The translations under genes were made by a program, and so were the position numbers. Of a stretch of DNA of 64,000 nt, positions 47,275 to 61,000 are shown piece by piece (positions within the stretch are counted from its first letter, which is position 1; each line of letters opens with the position of its first letter). The notes under the pieces were generated by a model. That model worked only from the letters and a program-made list of their open reading frames with translations, was not told where the DNA came from and made no database searches. Source of the stretch: Octopus bimaculoides (taxonomy: Eukaryota); contig NC_068985.1 of the NCBI RefSeq assembly GCF_001194135.2, positions 32,361,145 to 32,425,144 on the forward strand, read 5' to 3'.

Positions 47275-50200
47275 TATACCCACTGTTTGAGAGCTTTACT
47301 TAATTTTGAAAATAGATCTTATCCAAAGTTAGTCACTTTTTAAAACTGTAAAGAAATAAAATGTCTTCTTAGTGTGATGTTTGTCTATCAGTGTTCGACT
47401 CTACACCAACTTTCTAATTAAATAATTTGGCACAAGCAAAATATATTTTTATTGTTATAATTTCAATGGATTATGAAGGAATGAATGTCTCACACAAGAC
47501 TGTTGCACCTTTGCAAGTTTCACTTGAATGCAGTTTTAAACTCACTGCTAGTTGATGAGTTACTTGAAATAAGTCATGTAAAAATTTTGACTAAATCAAT
47601 ATAATAATTTCTTCGTGATTTTCTTGTGTGGAAGATTAAATTGATCTTGTATATTAACTATTACTTATTTTGACCTAGATTAGTGAAACATTCTGCTTAA
47701 TACAATAAATTACTCAGTTTCTTTTCTTTTTCTTTTTTTTCCAAGTCAGAATTGCAACAGTATGACTATTTTTAAACAGATCCTTTTTCAAAGGAATTAT
47801 ATTGTTTTAAAGTTATATATAATTAAAAATTGGCTTTTAATAATTGTTCCATATTTTCTTGATTAGGGTTGTTGAGATAATGAAAATATTGAAAATTTCA
47901 TAACTAAAAGAAGAAATGTGTAGATGAAATTTGGATGTCATTTTGAAATAGGTGTTAATAATATATTTCTTTTTATGAACAAATCAAGTTAGATAATTAT
48001 TAAAATAGCATTTTCTCTAAATTGATAGGCAAATGAAAAACAAAATAATTTAGAGAATTAATCAATGAAATGAAAGGTTTGAAAACTGGCAATAGCTTTA
48101 AGTATGAGAATCTAAATTATAATTTAAGAGGTTTACTCAGAAAACAGATATGCCATTTTAAAGAACTAAGTAAATTCATGTGATTGTGCAAAATTCATGT
48201 GATTGTGCTTTATATTGGATATAAATTATACTTATTTTGGAAACATGAAGTAGGATGTCAATTGTTAATTAACTTATTTGTTCCAAAAGACATTTTAACA
48301 TGCATACAGTCTTTTGCAATTTATTAACTATCCTCATCTTCAACTCATATGCATATTTGCCTTCATTGTTTTTAAAACTACTGAAGGCCGAAGAATGGAG
48401 CAGTGAAGGATACTGATATTCCAATTTGAATTCAAATATCCTGCCTTCCTCACATTAATTAAAGTTGATAGAATATAGGTTGCAAATGTACAGGGATTGA
48501 CCCAGTAGAATGTACACAGCTTAGAAATGAGTGGCTTTATACCAATTTAGGAGATTATTTTCAATACTACTTCTAAATGAGTTATATGCTGTGCCTATGT
48601 ATATCTGCATGTGTGCACACTCTAATTTTATAATCTTCCAAAAATATCTCACATTGGAACAAAAAAATACCCAATTATAAAACTAAAGTACCTGACTTCA
48701 AAATGAATGACCACCTACCTGCTCAGGTGAGGAGCATAATTTGTTGCTGCAACCTTCATAGACCTTGTCACTAAATGTACACTCATTCCCAAGCATTCAA
48801 GCATTTACTGATGCTTTGAACACTGCTACTTGCTACACTTTCCAGCTTAGTCAAAAATAGCAACAACATCAATAGACCAATTATCCTCAAGTACTGTACA
48901 AGGATGGACACCATCCTGCTTCCTTGTGCCTGCATATACCTTAGGTATATGCAGACACAAGACAATGGATAAAAAGCAACATACTTAGATTATGTGACAC
49001 TGCATTCCATACAATAAAACAGTGAATGTTTGAATGCACAAATTGATTTAAGTGAGATCATAGTATATGATCTTTGGTTAACAATAAGACTACTCAGTCA
49101 AAGGTAGCATGGAATTATCTGATTTCTAGAGGGTCTTTTTCACAATTTATAGCATTTCTTTTTTTTCCCTTTCAAATCTAGTGTTGGTTTTGATGAATTT
49201 AATTTCTGTTCTTATATGTTACAAGGAAGTAAGATTTGGAGTGACCCTTATATATGGGACACTTGATATTTGTTTTACAGAATTGGCACATAAAAGCACT
49301 CATTACACTCTCAGAGTGATTGGCGTTTGGAAGGGCATCCAACTGTAGAAAATCATGCCAAATCAGACTGGATCCTGACGCAGCCTTCCAGTGTGCCAGC
49401 CCAGTCAAACCATCTAACCCATGCCAGTATGGACAACAAGCATTAAATGATGATGATGAATTAACCATTATAATTAGCAGGTTAATTAACTTACTTCACT
49501 TGATGTTGTTCATTTGCATACAGATGTTTTAATGTTAACCATGCTCATAAAATTATTACATGAATCTTTATTACATTATATCAGTGGTTCTTTACTGGGT
49601 GGTAACATGTTCTTGGGAACACTGAGATCAGAAAGGGACAGCAAATGTCAAGAGGGTGCTATGGAGGTGTTGAGTGTTTAGTGGGTCATTATTTTTGTGA
49701 GAGATAAAATATTTCAACCAAGTATAATACTTATATTTTTAAATAAAAAAAAAAAATAAAAAATTTTTTTTAAAACTTTGAGATTAAAATATGAATAGAA
49801 CACTGTGTTACCAGTGAGCAGAAAGCATGAGTGATGTGCTAGTGTCCAATATTCACAATTAGCTACTTTTTATATCTAAGCTGTCCTTTCAGTTCACCCT
49901 TACTTGGGGATTTAAGGAGAGAAACTGTGTTTGGCAAAATGCAAAGCAGCATGTGCAATTGATGTTGAAGTTAATGTGTAATGTAAACAGTAATTTCTGT
50001 AGAAGAGTATATTTATAATGTCGGTAGAGTAAGTAGACAGGTTATCAAGATAAGCAGAGTGAAGAACATTTTTAGTAAACAGGGATAATGTTGGTGGCTT
50101 CCTTTTGAATGTGTTTGTTCAATATCCATGGCCTATTGTGTTTTGGAAGACCTATGGTATAAAGTTGATAAAATCTTTAGGAGCAATATACAAGCCTCTC

Positions 50201-51659
50201 TCTTTAGCTACGTAATGTTTTGTTCTACTTTCGTATCTTATTGCATAGTCTGCTATTTAGAAGTTTGTGGAATGCATTGTGGTAGTAATGACATTTTTGT
50301 TTTGTTGTCTAGACATTTTTTTTATTAAAGGTTCTAACGGAGGAGACTGGTAAAATAAAATTAGTTGACACTGAATTTATAGGAATCTGATTTTTCTTTT
50401 TCCATGCTTCTTCGTATAAATACTGATTCTAACATATATTTGAAATATGTATTATATTAATGGTACTTTTACATTTTCACATAAAATAAAACTTTTACAT
50501 GGTTACAAGGCAGTAACCTATTGATTTGAGAAAGTTTCTGATTAATGAGCAAATATAATGATATCCTGGGTTTAGTGACTTGTGAATACTGCAAATCAGT
50601 CTCTGGTAAAGTAATGCATTACTGAAAACTCAAACTTAAAAAGAAATATGCATCTAAGTGAATGTACAGCATGACAAAAGTGAACAACAGAATGTATTGT
50701 CAGGAAAAAGCATGGTATTGTATAACAAGCAAAAATGTGGCTTTGTCTGCTGGTGTACCAATACTGATAGGTATCTGAATAAGGCACTCATTTAACAATA
50801 TATTCAGTTTGTGGTTTCCAAAACAAGAGAGGCCATTATAAAGAAAATGTGAGAGAGGATATTACATAAAATTAACTGAAAGAAAATATGAGAAAGTATT
50901 TTTATGTAAGCAAACATGCAGAAGTTGTGAGTGTGTCTCATTAACTGATGTGAAGTCAGCTAGTAATGAAAACAATCTAGCGATAAGATAATCTCCTCTG
51001 TTTATATAACATCAGATAGGTTTCAGAAAATGACCTGTCTTTAGAGAACATGCCAAAAACAAATTAAACTACGAGTAGTTAGTTATTGATTGGTTAAAAT
51101 TGGCGTTAAACTTAGTTACATGTTATGCAGAACTAGACAGGCTGCACATGTTGATTTTTGTGTGATTTTGACAGTGAAATAAAAGTCCAATGGTCACATG
51201 ATATGCAAAATAGATTAGACATTGTGAGATAATTGCTGTGCCACATTTTTGACAAACTGGAAGAACTTTTCCCCTAAGGTTATTATTATTATTTATTTTT
51301 TTGCATAAAGAAAAGCAATCAGTGATTAAAAGCACTTATTGAAACCACCCTTATTGTTTGAGACATTTGATTTGCAAAAGGTGTTGTCATCTCTGCATGT
51401 AAATTGGTAGAGAAAAAAAAATAGTTCTTGATTAAAGTTTGCTTGTTGGTCAGTGAAAATAGTCTCCCTTTGACCATGCATAGTGATGAAAATTAGAAGT
51501 CCTATGCAGAATGTTGAATAGACCAATATGGAGTGCCTATTCAGTATGGAATCTCTTAGAATTTAGATTGTAATTTATTATAATAGATTAGGTTTTTGGC
51601 GAAATCCGGGATGTGTATGCCTAGTTAATGCACATTTTGTGATGGATCAAGTACTGATG

Positions 51660-52750
51660 TAAGGTTAGTAGGCATAATCGTCTGGACTGGTAGCTTGAAG
51701 GTGCCATACTGCAGTTCTCTCAATTTCCTCCTTTATAAAAGAGCATATTCCCAGTTGCATGAAAGAATTATACATATACCACTGGGTGTGTACATTTGGG
51801 CTTCATCAGCAGCCTCGTGTTGATGATGGAAATATTCCTCCAAAGCAATTGTATAAGTGAGTTTCAAATTGCCATTCCCTATCAGTTGTGATGGTAACTA
51901 GCGTGCTATACCCCAAAATATAAGAAAGTGCTTAATGATAATGACGTAGAAATGTACCTTCCTTGGTTTTTTTAACCTGCAATGCAGTTTCTGACCAGTT
52001 GTGTATTTTAGTTAATACTGGTCAAAAAAATTGATACTGATTTGCATTTGATACCACCTGGATGAGGTAAACAATGTAGCAAGTTGAGAATCGAGTGATG
52101 ATGTTTTTGAGGTACATAAGGGCACTCATGGTCTGTTGATATCACACCAATAATATTCAGTTGAAGGAGAAAGTGGTGCTTAATGGAAAATCAAAGATGA
52201 CAAACTCTATAGATTAAACAACTTTTTACCATCTATGTGGCCTGCTGCTACTTGTTCTCAATTGTTGATAGCATAAGTTGTGTGTTGACATGAACATGGG
52301 AAAATGCATTTGTAGCTGTATTTTTTAGTCCTTTAACTGGTGCTACATGAAAAGCACCCAATACACTCTGTAAAGTAGTTGGCATTAGGAAGGGCATTCA
52401 GCCATAGAAACTATGCCAAATCAGACAATGGAACCTGGTGCAGCTCCTGTGAAACCATTCAACCCATGCCAGTATAGAAAACAGATGTTAAATGATGATG
52501 ATGTTGACATACAATCCAGAATGTCAGTCTGATTTCATCTTTAAGCAAACATTTATAGTTCATAGTCAACCTAAATTGTAAAATGCTATCCATCCAGTAA
52601 GCAGTGAAAATGCTTTAAGTCTCAGTTAACTGCCTGTAATTCGCCATCAAAGGTATTGCAGCTAGATTCAAAACTGAATCAACAAATTGCCAACAAATTG
52701 AGTTATGGATCAGTTAGTCATCAGACATAACGTAATGCATCTTTCTAGAA
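51660..52750 (-). mobile_element. Decayed Ty3/Gypsy pol fragment (RNase H and integrase), interrupted by an RTE tail at about 52345-52505
   Basis: TFDGELQAV..LKHFHCLLDG*HFTI (RNase H), PYVPQ..LHCLPHPG (integrase zinc-binding region), ITTDREWQFETHLY, LGICSFIKEE..YGTFKLP (integrase core). Confidence 0.75.
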
Positions 52751-53239
52751 GCCCCAGAATGTTCTTTTACAATAGGCATGTTTTTAGTGCCAGCTTTGCA
52801 GAGTACCAAGGACACAACTGGGCGAAATGTATCTCCACTCTTGCCAGACCATGTTGCACACAGACCAGCTGATTCATTTTCACACGTCTCACCTCTTGCC
52901 TCAGTCTGTGACTGCCTACAGCTAAGCTAACCACATACTCATTTTGGTGCTTTTAACAGTTGTTATCATGACTCTTTTCTCAACTTAATCAGCAGCTACA
53001 GTTCACTGTCTTGGCAGCTTAATTACAGAGCCTTTTTAATCAACGATTTGTAAGAGCTACATAATTGTCCTTGTGTGTGTAAACTTTGTTGTCACAATTT
53101 TAATTCATGACCAACATGGAAATTATTTGTGCAGTAAACTAAAATTCTATTAATTATTCACATGTGTTGTGCATTCATTATCTGCAACCTGAAACCAACT
53201 TAACTATCAGCATTTCATATCTTTCCTCCTTTGTCTATC

Positions 53240-53445
53240 ACACACTATGTGACAGTACTATATTTGGATTTAGCTGGTTGTAGACACTTGGAGAAGGAAA
53301 ATGGTTGCTACTTGTTGAACTTCTATCTTCTCCATCTGTGATACATCTATCAGTAAACTTGGTGTTTCTGTTTTGGGTTGGGCAAGAAGAGTACCTTTAG
53401 CTAATAATATCTTTTGGAAGGCTTGACATTCATTTGCATCCAAAG
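53240..53445 (-). mobile_element. Second Gypsy RT-connection/RNase H start fragment
   Basis: AFQKILLAKGTLLAQPKTETPSLLIDVS..QQ / PFSFSKCLQPAKSKYST resembles AF..K..LA..TLL.HP..DAS..QQ..PLAFFSKKL..E.KYST. Confidence 0.6.
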
Positions 53446-54261
53446 TAATATCTTGGGGGGGGGGGTTGTGTGTATGTGTGTGTGCAGAATACCAGTTAAC
53501 AGTTGAGTGATTTGTGTACAATAAGGACTGAGTCAGTAATAAAAATTTAGACCATTAAATTCTCTGAATTTATATAAAGAAGAAGGTGCTAGAAACTCCT
53601 GAATAGCTTTGATTTTTCTTAAGTAGGCAAATCCCAACTTGGCTGTATTTCCAAGAAATGTATTGAGGAAATACAGCAGACAAACAAATCCGCTGACCCC
53701 GATAGCACTTGTTAAAGTTGACCTTATCCCACTAGTCTTCTCATGAGTAAATGAAAATGTTTGTCATGCTCTTCATCAGTTGAATTGGCAAGTTGATCGT
53801 TAATTTAAGCATACAGGAAAGTTAACCCTTGCAGAATATTGTCAAAGTACCTTTGAAAGTTTTATGTAGCATCTAGAAAACCAAATGGTATGTGCAAAAA
53901 TTTGTAGCATACAAATGATGTGGCGGTGGCACTCTTATGGATATTTTTGATTCTAAAGAGATCTGATTATAAGCTCTGACCAGATTTATTTGGGAGAAAA
54001 TTGTTGAACCTTAGAAGTAAAATCTTGTAGATTAGTATTGTCAGGAACTGTGTTGGCATTCAGTCACAAAATCACTGAAAGGATGCTGGTCACCTGATAC
54101 TTTTTGGGGAAACGTGCAGGAGTGATGACTAGTTGCTTATGGAACTTTTTATGATGCCAAGCATGTCATTGAACTTCTCCTTAGCCATTTTAAAATTATC
54201 CAGAGCATGGCATCAAGATCTAGATGTTACAGGTACTCCTTTAGTCTTGATATGGTAATGC

Positions 54262-54682
54262 TGTTCATGGCTGTGTGGTAAGATGCTTGCTTCCCAACCA
54301 CATGGTTCCGGGTTGAGTCCCACTGCGTGGTACCTTGGGCAAGTGTCTTCTACTGTAGCCTCAGGCTGACTAAAGTCTTATGAGTGGATTTGATGGACAT
54401 AAATTGAAAGAAGCCTGTCATATGTATATATATACATATATATATATATCTGTGTGTGTCTTTGTGTCTGTGTTTGTTCCCTCAACACCGCTTGACAACT
54501 GGTATTGGTGTGTTTACATCCCTGTAACTTAGCAGTTTGGCAAAGAAGACTGATAGAAAAAGTACTAGGTTTAAAAAATAAATCCCTGGGGTTGGTTTGT
54601 TTGACAAAAAAAACCTTCAAGGTGGTGCCCCACCATGGTCACAGTCATATGACTGAAACAGGTAAACGATAAAAGATAAAAG
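54262..54682 (+). mobile_element. Full-length family-Y SINE with CR1-like tail
   Basis: A-box-like TGGCTGTGTGGT, B-box-like GGTTGAGTCCC, core GGGCAAGTGTCTTCTAC, internal (TA)n, tail GGTGGTGCCCCACCATGGTCACAGTCATATGACTGAAAC...(GATAAAA)n. Confidence 0.88.
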
Positions 54683-56655
54683 ATTCTTTTAATTTTGTCA
54701 TAATCAGGATATTGAATATAGATATTTTTGCATAAATTTCATTTTTACTTGTATTTTGCAAGAAAAATAGGTCTTACTAAAAATGCCTTGAACTATAAGG
54801 CTGGTTTGAAGAATGAATAAGGTGTGGTTGTTAAACATTGACAAGTAAATTGTTAAAGAAAATCACCTGATTATAGGAGTGAGGAAATAAGTGAAAATAA
54901 ATGTTCACCTAAACATTCATAGCTTTCCTAGAATTAGAACCAACTATTTCTCACCATAAATAGTGACAGGAAAGTGATCGACAGCAGTAAGGGTTGTGGT
55001 TTCTTAGCAGAAATTTGTGTGGTATATAGGACATTCACTAAAATACTAGTGTTAATAAAAGAACATTTGTAATATACTTCTTTCACCAATGTAGAATGGG
55101 TAACTAGTGGTGTTACAGCCAGTTAAATTGGTCCTTATTTTGGTCATGAATCAAAAGTTTTTAGTAACAGATTAGGGTCATTCTATGCAGCAGCAAGAAA
55201 GGTTTCCAATTTCTTCAAGGTGGAGCTGTGAGCATGTCTGATTTCTTGAGCTATATTGGGGTTGGAGGGTGCTCACTATATGTGCAAATTGTGTAGCTTT
55301 GTACAAATTCAAACAGTTTCTTCATGAACTTGAGAGCAAAATGGAGGCAGGAGTTAGTGCTGATTGGTGCCTGTAAATCTGCAGTCGTCACCTCTGTAAC
55401 AAATGAGTCAATATCTAACTGGGTCAAGCAAATTTGAATTGCATGCAAATTATGTATGTATGAAATTCAAATGGAAGAAAGAGCATTTTTGTGGCTGAGG
55501 CAAAAAGAAATTAATAAGTTCTGGAATATCAACTTCTTTCACAAGGTTATTGGATCAAAAACACATGTTCAAATGTAGGTTGTTTCTAATTATAGCTTTA
55601 TGCATGTTGATGAACACTAATTTTAAAATCATTCTCACTCTGTTATGGTTGCCAACAGTAGCTTTTCTTTTTCCATGCATCATATAAAATGTAACTCAAT
55701 ATATAGTTCACACATATATTTTATTTACAGTACTTCTACATTTCACATGAAATATTGCAAATTAGTTTTTTGCAGAAAAAAAAAAAACTGTACTGGAAAG
55801 TCACTTATATGAATGAACTATAAAAGAAAGGATAAAGACAACACAAGAGAGTGACAATGTTAAACAATTACTGTATTAGCTTAATGCTTAAGAGGAAGGG
55901 AAAGAGTCTTAATGTTTTGGGCATTAGTTCTACATGAGAAGGAAGCGAAATGTACAAGGGGACTGAAATAAACGTCCCAATTTGTTACATTTGGGACAAA
56001 ATGAAAGTTCACCACAAATCAGATTTTATTTTGCTGTTATTTTAGTAAAAATGTTCTATTTTTTAATGTAAAATAGAGTAATATGTATCTATTTCATTAC
56101 TCTTTTTTTTTAAATCAGAGACTGTTATAAAAAAAACTTCCTAATACATTCTTTATCAATTCACCTAGTTTTTATATTTCTCTATCACAATTACACATGG
56201 GAGCATTATACATAGTTTGATTTTATTTGAAAAATTGAAATGTATCACGAGTTGAGACTAGCTATTTCCGAGTAACTAAGGTAGTATGCATTATTGATAT
56301 TTTATTTCTTATAAATTTATCAGAAATCACAACTGCATACTTGATGTTGTAAGTGGTATTTGTTATAATTATTTGTGTGTTTTATTAAAAAGTAAAGATG
56401 ATTAAATCAAATTCTGTTTGTTGAAGCTTATCAATTGGTACAAATGCAAATTGGAAGAAATACTGAGTGTTGGAGCAAAAATAGTTAACTTGGTTAAATC
56501 CTGATTGAACAAGTAGTAATTGAGAATAGCACGAAAGATTATTTGGAAATTATACTCAATGATAGATGCAAGTGTCTTGAATATATTGAAGCCTGATAGA
56601 AAGATTAGATATTGGTGAGTTACTTTGTTAGATGAGACAGAGCAAAATAGGCAAA

Positions 56656-58035
56656 CATCATCATCATCGTTTAACGTCCGCTTTCCATGCTATCATGGGT
56701 TGGATGATTTGACTGAGGACTGGTGAACCAGATGGCTACACCAGGCTCCAATCTGATTTGGCATAGTTTCTACAGCTGGATGCCTTTCCTAATGCCAACC
56801 ACTCCGAGAATGTAGTGGGTGCTTTTACGTGCCACCGGCACGAAGGCCAGTCAGGCGCTACTGGCAACGGCCATGCTCAAAATGGTGTATTTTACGTGCC
56901 ACCGACACGAAGGCCAGTCAGGCGCTACTGGCAACGGCCATGCTCAAAATGGTGTATTTTACATGCCACCTGCACTGGCAATGATCTCGCTCGAATGTCT
57001 TTTCACGTGCCACTAGCACAAGTGAAGGCAACGCTGGTAACAATCACGCTCAAATGGTGCTATTTACATGCCACTGGCATGGAAGCCAGACAGCTGCTCT
57101 GGCAATGATCACGCTTGAACGGTGCTCTTAGTGCTCCACTGGTACAGGTGCCAACACGATTTCGCTTTCACTTGCCCCAACAGGTCTTTGCAAGCGGAGT
57201 TTAGTGTCCAATGAAGGAAAGGTACGCATAAGTGGGCTGGCTGGATTTTGGTTCTCACACACAGCATATTTCCAAAGGTCTTGCTCAGAAGTTATTGCCT
57301 CGGTGAGGCCTAATGTTCGAAGGTCGTGCTTCACCACCTCATCCCAGGTCTTCCTGAGCCTACCTCTTCCACAGGTTCCCTCAACCGCTACGGTGTGGCA
57401 CTTTTTCACACAGCTATCCTCATCCATTCTCGCCACATGACCATACCAGCGCAATTGTCTCTCTTGCACACCACAGCTGATGCTTCTTAGGTTCAACTTT
57501 TCTCTCAAGATACTTACACTCTGTCGAGTATGCACACTGACATTACACATCCATCGGAGCATACTGGCTTCATTCCTTGCGAGCTTACGCATGTCCTCAG
57601 CAGTCATGGCCCATGTTTCACTACCATGTAGCATGGCTGTTTGTACACATTTGTCATACAGTCTGCCTTTTACTCTGAGTGAGAGACCCTTTGTCACCAA
57701 CAGAGGTAAGAGCTCTCTGAACTTTGCCCAGGCTATTCTTATTCTAGCAGTTACACTTTCAGCGCACCTTCCCCCACTACTAATTTGGTCACCTAGATAG
57801 CGGAAGCTATCGACTACGTCTAGTTTTTCTCCCTAGAATGTGGCAGAAGTTGTTTTCTGCACATTTTCAGTGTTTATTGCTCCTGAACATCTGCCACATA
57901 CAAAAACTAACTTCCTAGTTAACCTTCCTTTGATATTGCTGCACCTCTTATGTGTCCACAGCTTGCACTGGGTACATCTTATAGAGTTTCTACCTACGCC
58001 TTTTCTACAAATCGAGCAGGGCCATCTACCTGAAG
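56656..58035 (-). mobile_element. 5'-truncated RTE LINE with (GAT)n tail and 67-bp tandem repeats in the 3' UTR
   Basis: ORF 57128-57700 'MLHGSETWA..LARNEASMLRWMC..RQLRWYGHVARM..GRGRLRKTW'. Tail at 56656. Repeat units start at 56823, 56890 and 56957. Confidence 0.95.
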
Positions 58036-61000
58036 GTAGATGTTCATATTAAAGTTTAGACTAGAATTTGGGGAATAATGAGAGGAAAAAATTGCTATTC
58101 AATGTTGTTCCACCCTCGGTGAGAGTACTGGCTGTCAAAGCAAGGCAGTGATGCAAATGAAAATAGAGAAAGCTTCAAATACTTCACAGTTGCTAGCATC
58201 ATACATTCATTTAAATATGCTAGAAATCTCATAACAGAAATGCATATTTTAGATAATATGATGAGATTGGCAATATTTTCTAAAAAGATTAAAAAACTAT
58301 GGAGAAAACTATAAGCTGGAATATCAAAAGGAAATAAGCTAAAATTAAAATTGTATGTATGTATTTTATTTTCACATGACACAAATACTCAGATAAGTTT
58401 GGGAAGTTCGGAAGTAAAATATTTGGTTACAAATAGACACAAATACGTTGTAATTGTTAACTGTTGATAAAGTTTGGGTAGCAAAGAAATTGTAGATGAA
58501 TTTGAGAGTCTTTAAGCCTATGCTGATATAAAATATAGTATTGCTTACTTCATTTAGTGTGAAGTTTGAGATTACTGCTTAATCCCTGATTAAGCAGATC
58601 ATTGATCAAAGGCATTCCAGCTTTAACCATCTGAATTCGAACAATGTATCTGGGTCTACATTGCATTACATTATTCAATGAATCCTTTTAAAACGGTAGG
58701 ATATGATATAAGGAAGATTAGGTTGCTATTTCATGCAACTTTAGTGATCAAGTTGTTTGATGATGTTTGAAGTTCATGTAAGTTCGGGATAATCAGATAT
58801 CAAGTAAGGTTATTTTATGCATCTCTTATCATTAAGGGATTGTCTCTCTCCACATCAAGAGCATGCTGCATAAAGCATTGACAATGAAAACGGAACATTT
58901 TTAGGAGGTGGAAATCAGTTGAACACGATTCATTTGATGTAAACCTTATATCAAAAAGATAATAATGTTGACTTTTGATCAGAGGTCTTCTCATCTATGG
59001 CTGATCTAGGGCTTGAACAACAACAGTTTGTTCACTATCTTTATATCTATATTGTTATTCATTTTTTAAAACTGAAATATCATTTATGTCCCCAGTTAAA
59101 ATAAATACTTTAATAAATAAATACTGGCTATATAAGTTGTAAATTAACTAATTAGAAAACTTAGAATATTAATTGATGAATGATTGAAGAAAAAAGTTGT
59201 GTGTATAGTGCTTGAAACTAGTTTTGTTAAAAGTAATACATTTTAAAATCATTTTGAAAGTAATCAGTTAATCTGGTGTAATTTGAGCTTTTTTTTTCCC
59301 TCTCACAAATACTCTGTTCATGAATAATGTGCTTTTTACATGATTTTTAAGCCTGAAAATTAGGGACTTGCATTATATATGAGAACTAAATGTTACTAAT
59401 TTTTATGGCCCTTCATGCTTGGTCATATTTGGGATATCATGAGTGAAAGTAATTTATATCTAGTGTTTAAGCTGATGTGTAATTTAGTGTTTAAACCACT
59501 ATGATAATATTGTTTATTATGTCAGTGATGTTATATTAAATCTTCATTATATTTCATAAATGTGCATTAAAAATGTAAATTTTATGTTGCTTGTGCACTT
59601 GATATTTATGATAGTCACCACTTGTGGTTGCCCACATTAGAGTTTGTTTTGATCAATGCCTACTAAATACAGCAAAACTAATGTTCAAATGAATGATTAG
59701 AATGTAAAACACTAGTAACAATGAAATGCTGTTTTGTGTGTATATGTGTTTCTAGACAGTAATCCATAATATAGATGCTATGTATGGTGTCAACACATAC
59801 ATTGTATTATATCCAACAAAATTACATACAAAATATTGGATGGAATGGTTTAAAATGTCTTTTCCTCTGAAAATTTTAAAAAATTTCTTTTAAATTATGA
59901 AAACCCTTTTTGATTTTTGTTCTCAGTTTTTAAGAAATAAGATAAATTTTAAAAATATCTACAGTTAAACTGTTTTCATATGACATCATGTGTCCATAAC
60001 TGTCTATACTGTTTAGTGAAATTGAATATAAACTTCAGTACACCATTGTTCTCAAAATAAAATTGATTTCCTAGAAAAACATGGTGTAATGTTGACTTTA
60101 CAGCAGGTATACTTAAATTTCAATGGTGACTTTCAAATTTACTTTAAGTTTCATTTAGGATGCATGAAGTTTTTCAATGCATTTTATACAACAATTATAA
60201 TAAATATATGACTAAAACTTGTTTTTCCATACTTAGGAAAAGTCAATGTGTACTATACACCAGATATATTATTTTCAGTATTTCATTGTCTATCGTTAAC
60301 AGTTCATATTGCACATGGCAATCATTGTATATGAGTAAATATAGTATTTGACTGGTAAGAAAGTAGAAGCAGAAATTCTGTTTAACAACCATGACTTCAT
60401 TTTAATAAAGTTGTATAAAATGAAACTCAGTTGCTGTAATAGTATTGACAGGTTTTTGGTTTGATATTAGCATAATCTGTACTCTTAAATTGCAAGTTTG
60501 CATTATAAAACTATGATAATATTCTATTAACTCATCAAAGTTATTGTGGTATATAGTCATCAAGTTTAGAATTGTTCAAGATGTATAAAACATTTATCTA
60601 ATGTTATAACTGAAACATTAATCAGCCTAATCATATTCATTTACCTTAAAACCAGCTGCTGTGAGTTTTACCTTTCTCTTTGCTCTATTTCTGTTGCTTT
60701 CAGTTTGAAAGTTAGGTCCATGGTTTGGTATGGTTTTGTCCAGGGAGTCTGTGTATTGGAAATTTAATATTTGTTGTTTGTTCATGTGTGTTGTGTACTA
60801 CTTGTATGTTGTAGGGTTAACATTTATCTTGAGATTTCTTTACAGGATTCTCATCATAAATGATTAGTAAAAATTTGGCTTTTTTTTTTTTTGTGTGTAG
60901 AATGAAGTGGTGGTGATCAGTTAGTGTAGGAAGGGAATGTCATTTGCACTACTTCATCAATATAAAGTTTTAATGTTCACCCACATCCGGCTGTTACAAT

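Noticed and set aside
55100-55600. Possible very old second-family mariner coding remnant
   Set aside because: Only vague motif resemblance after several assumed frameshifts, and no paired TIRs were located.
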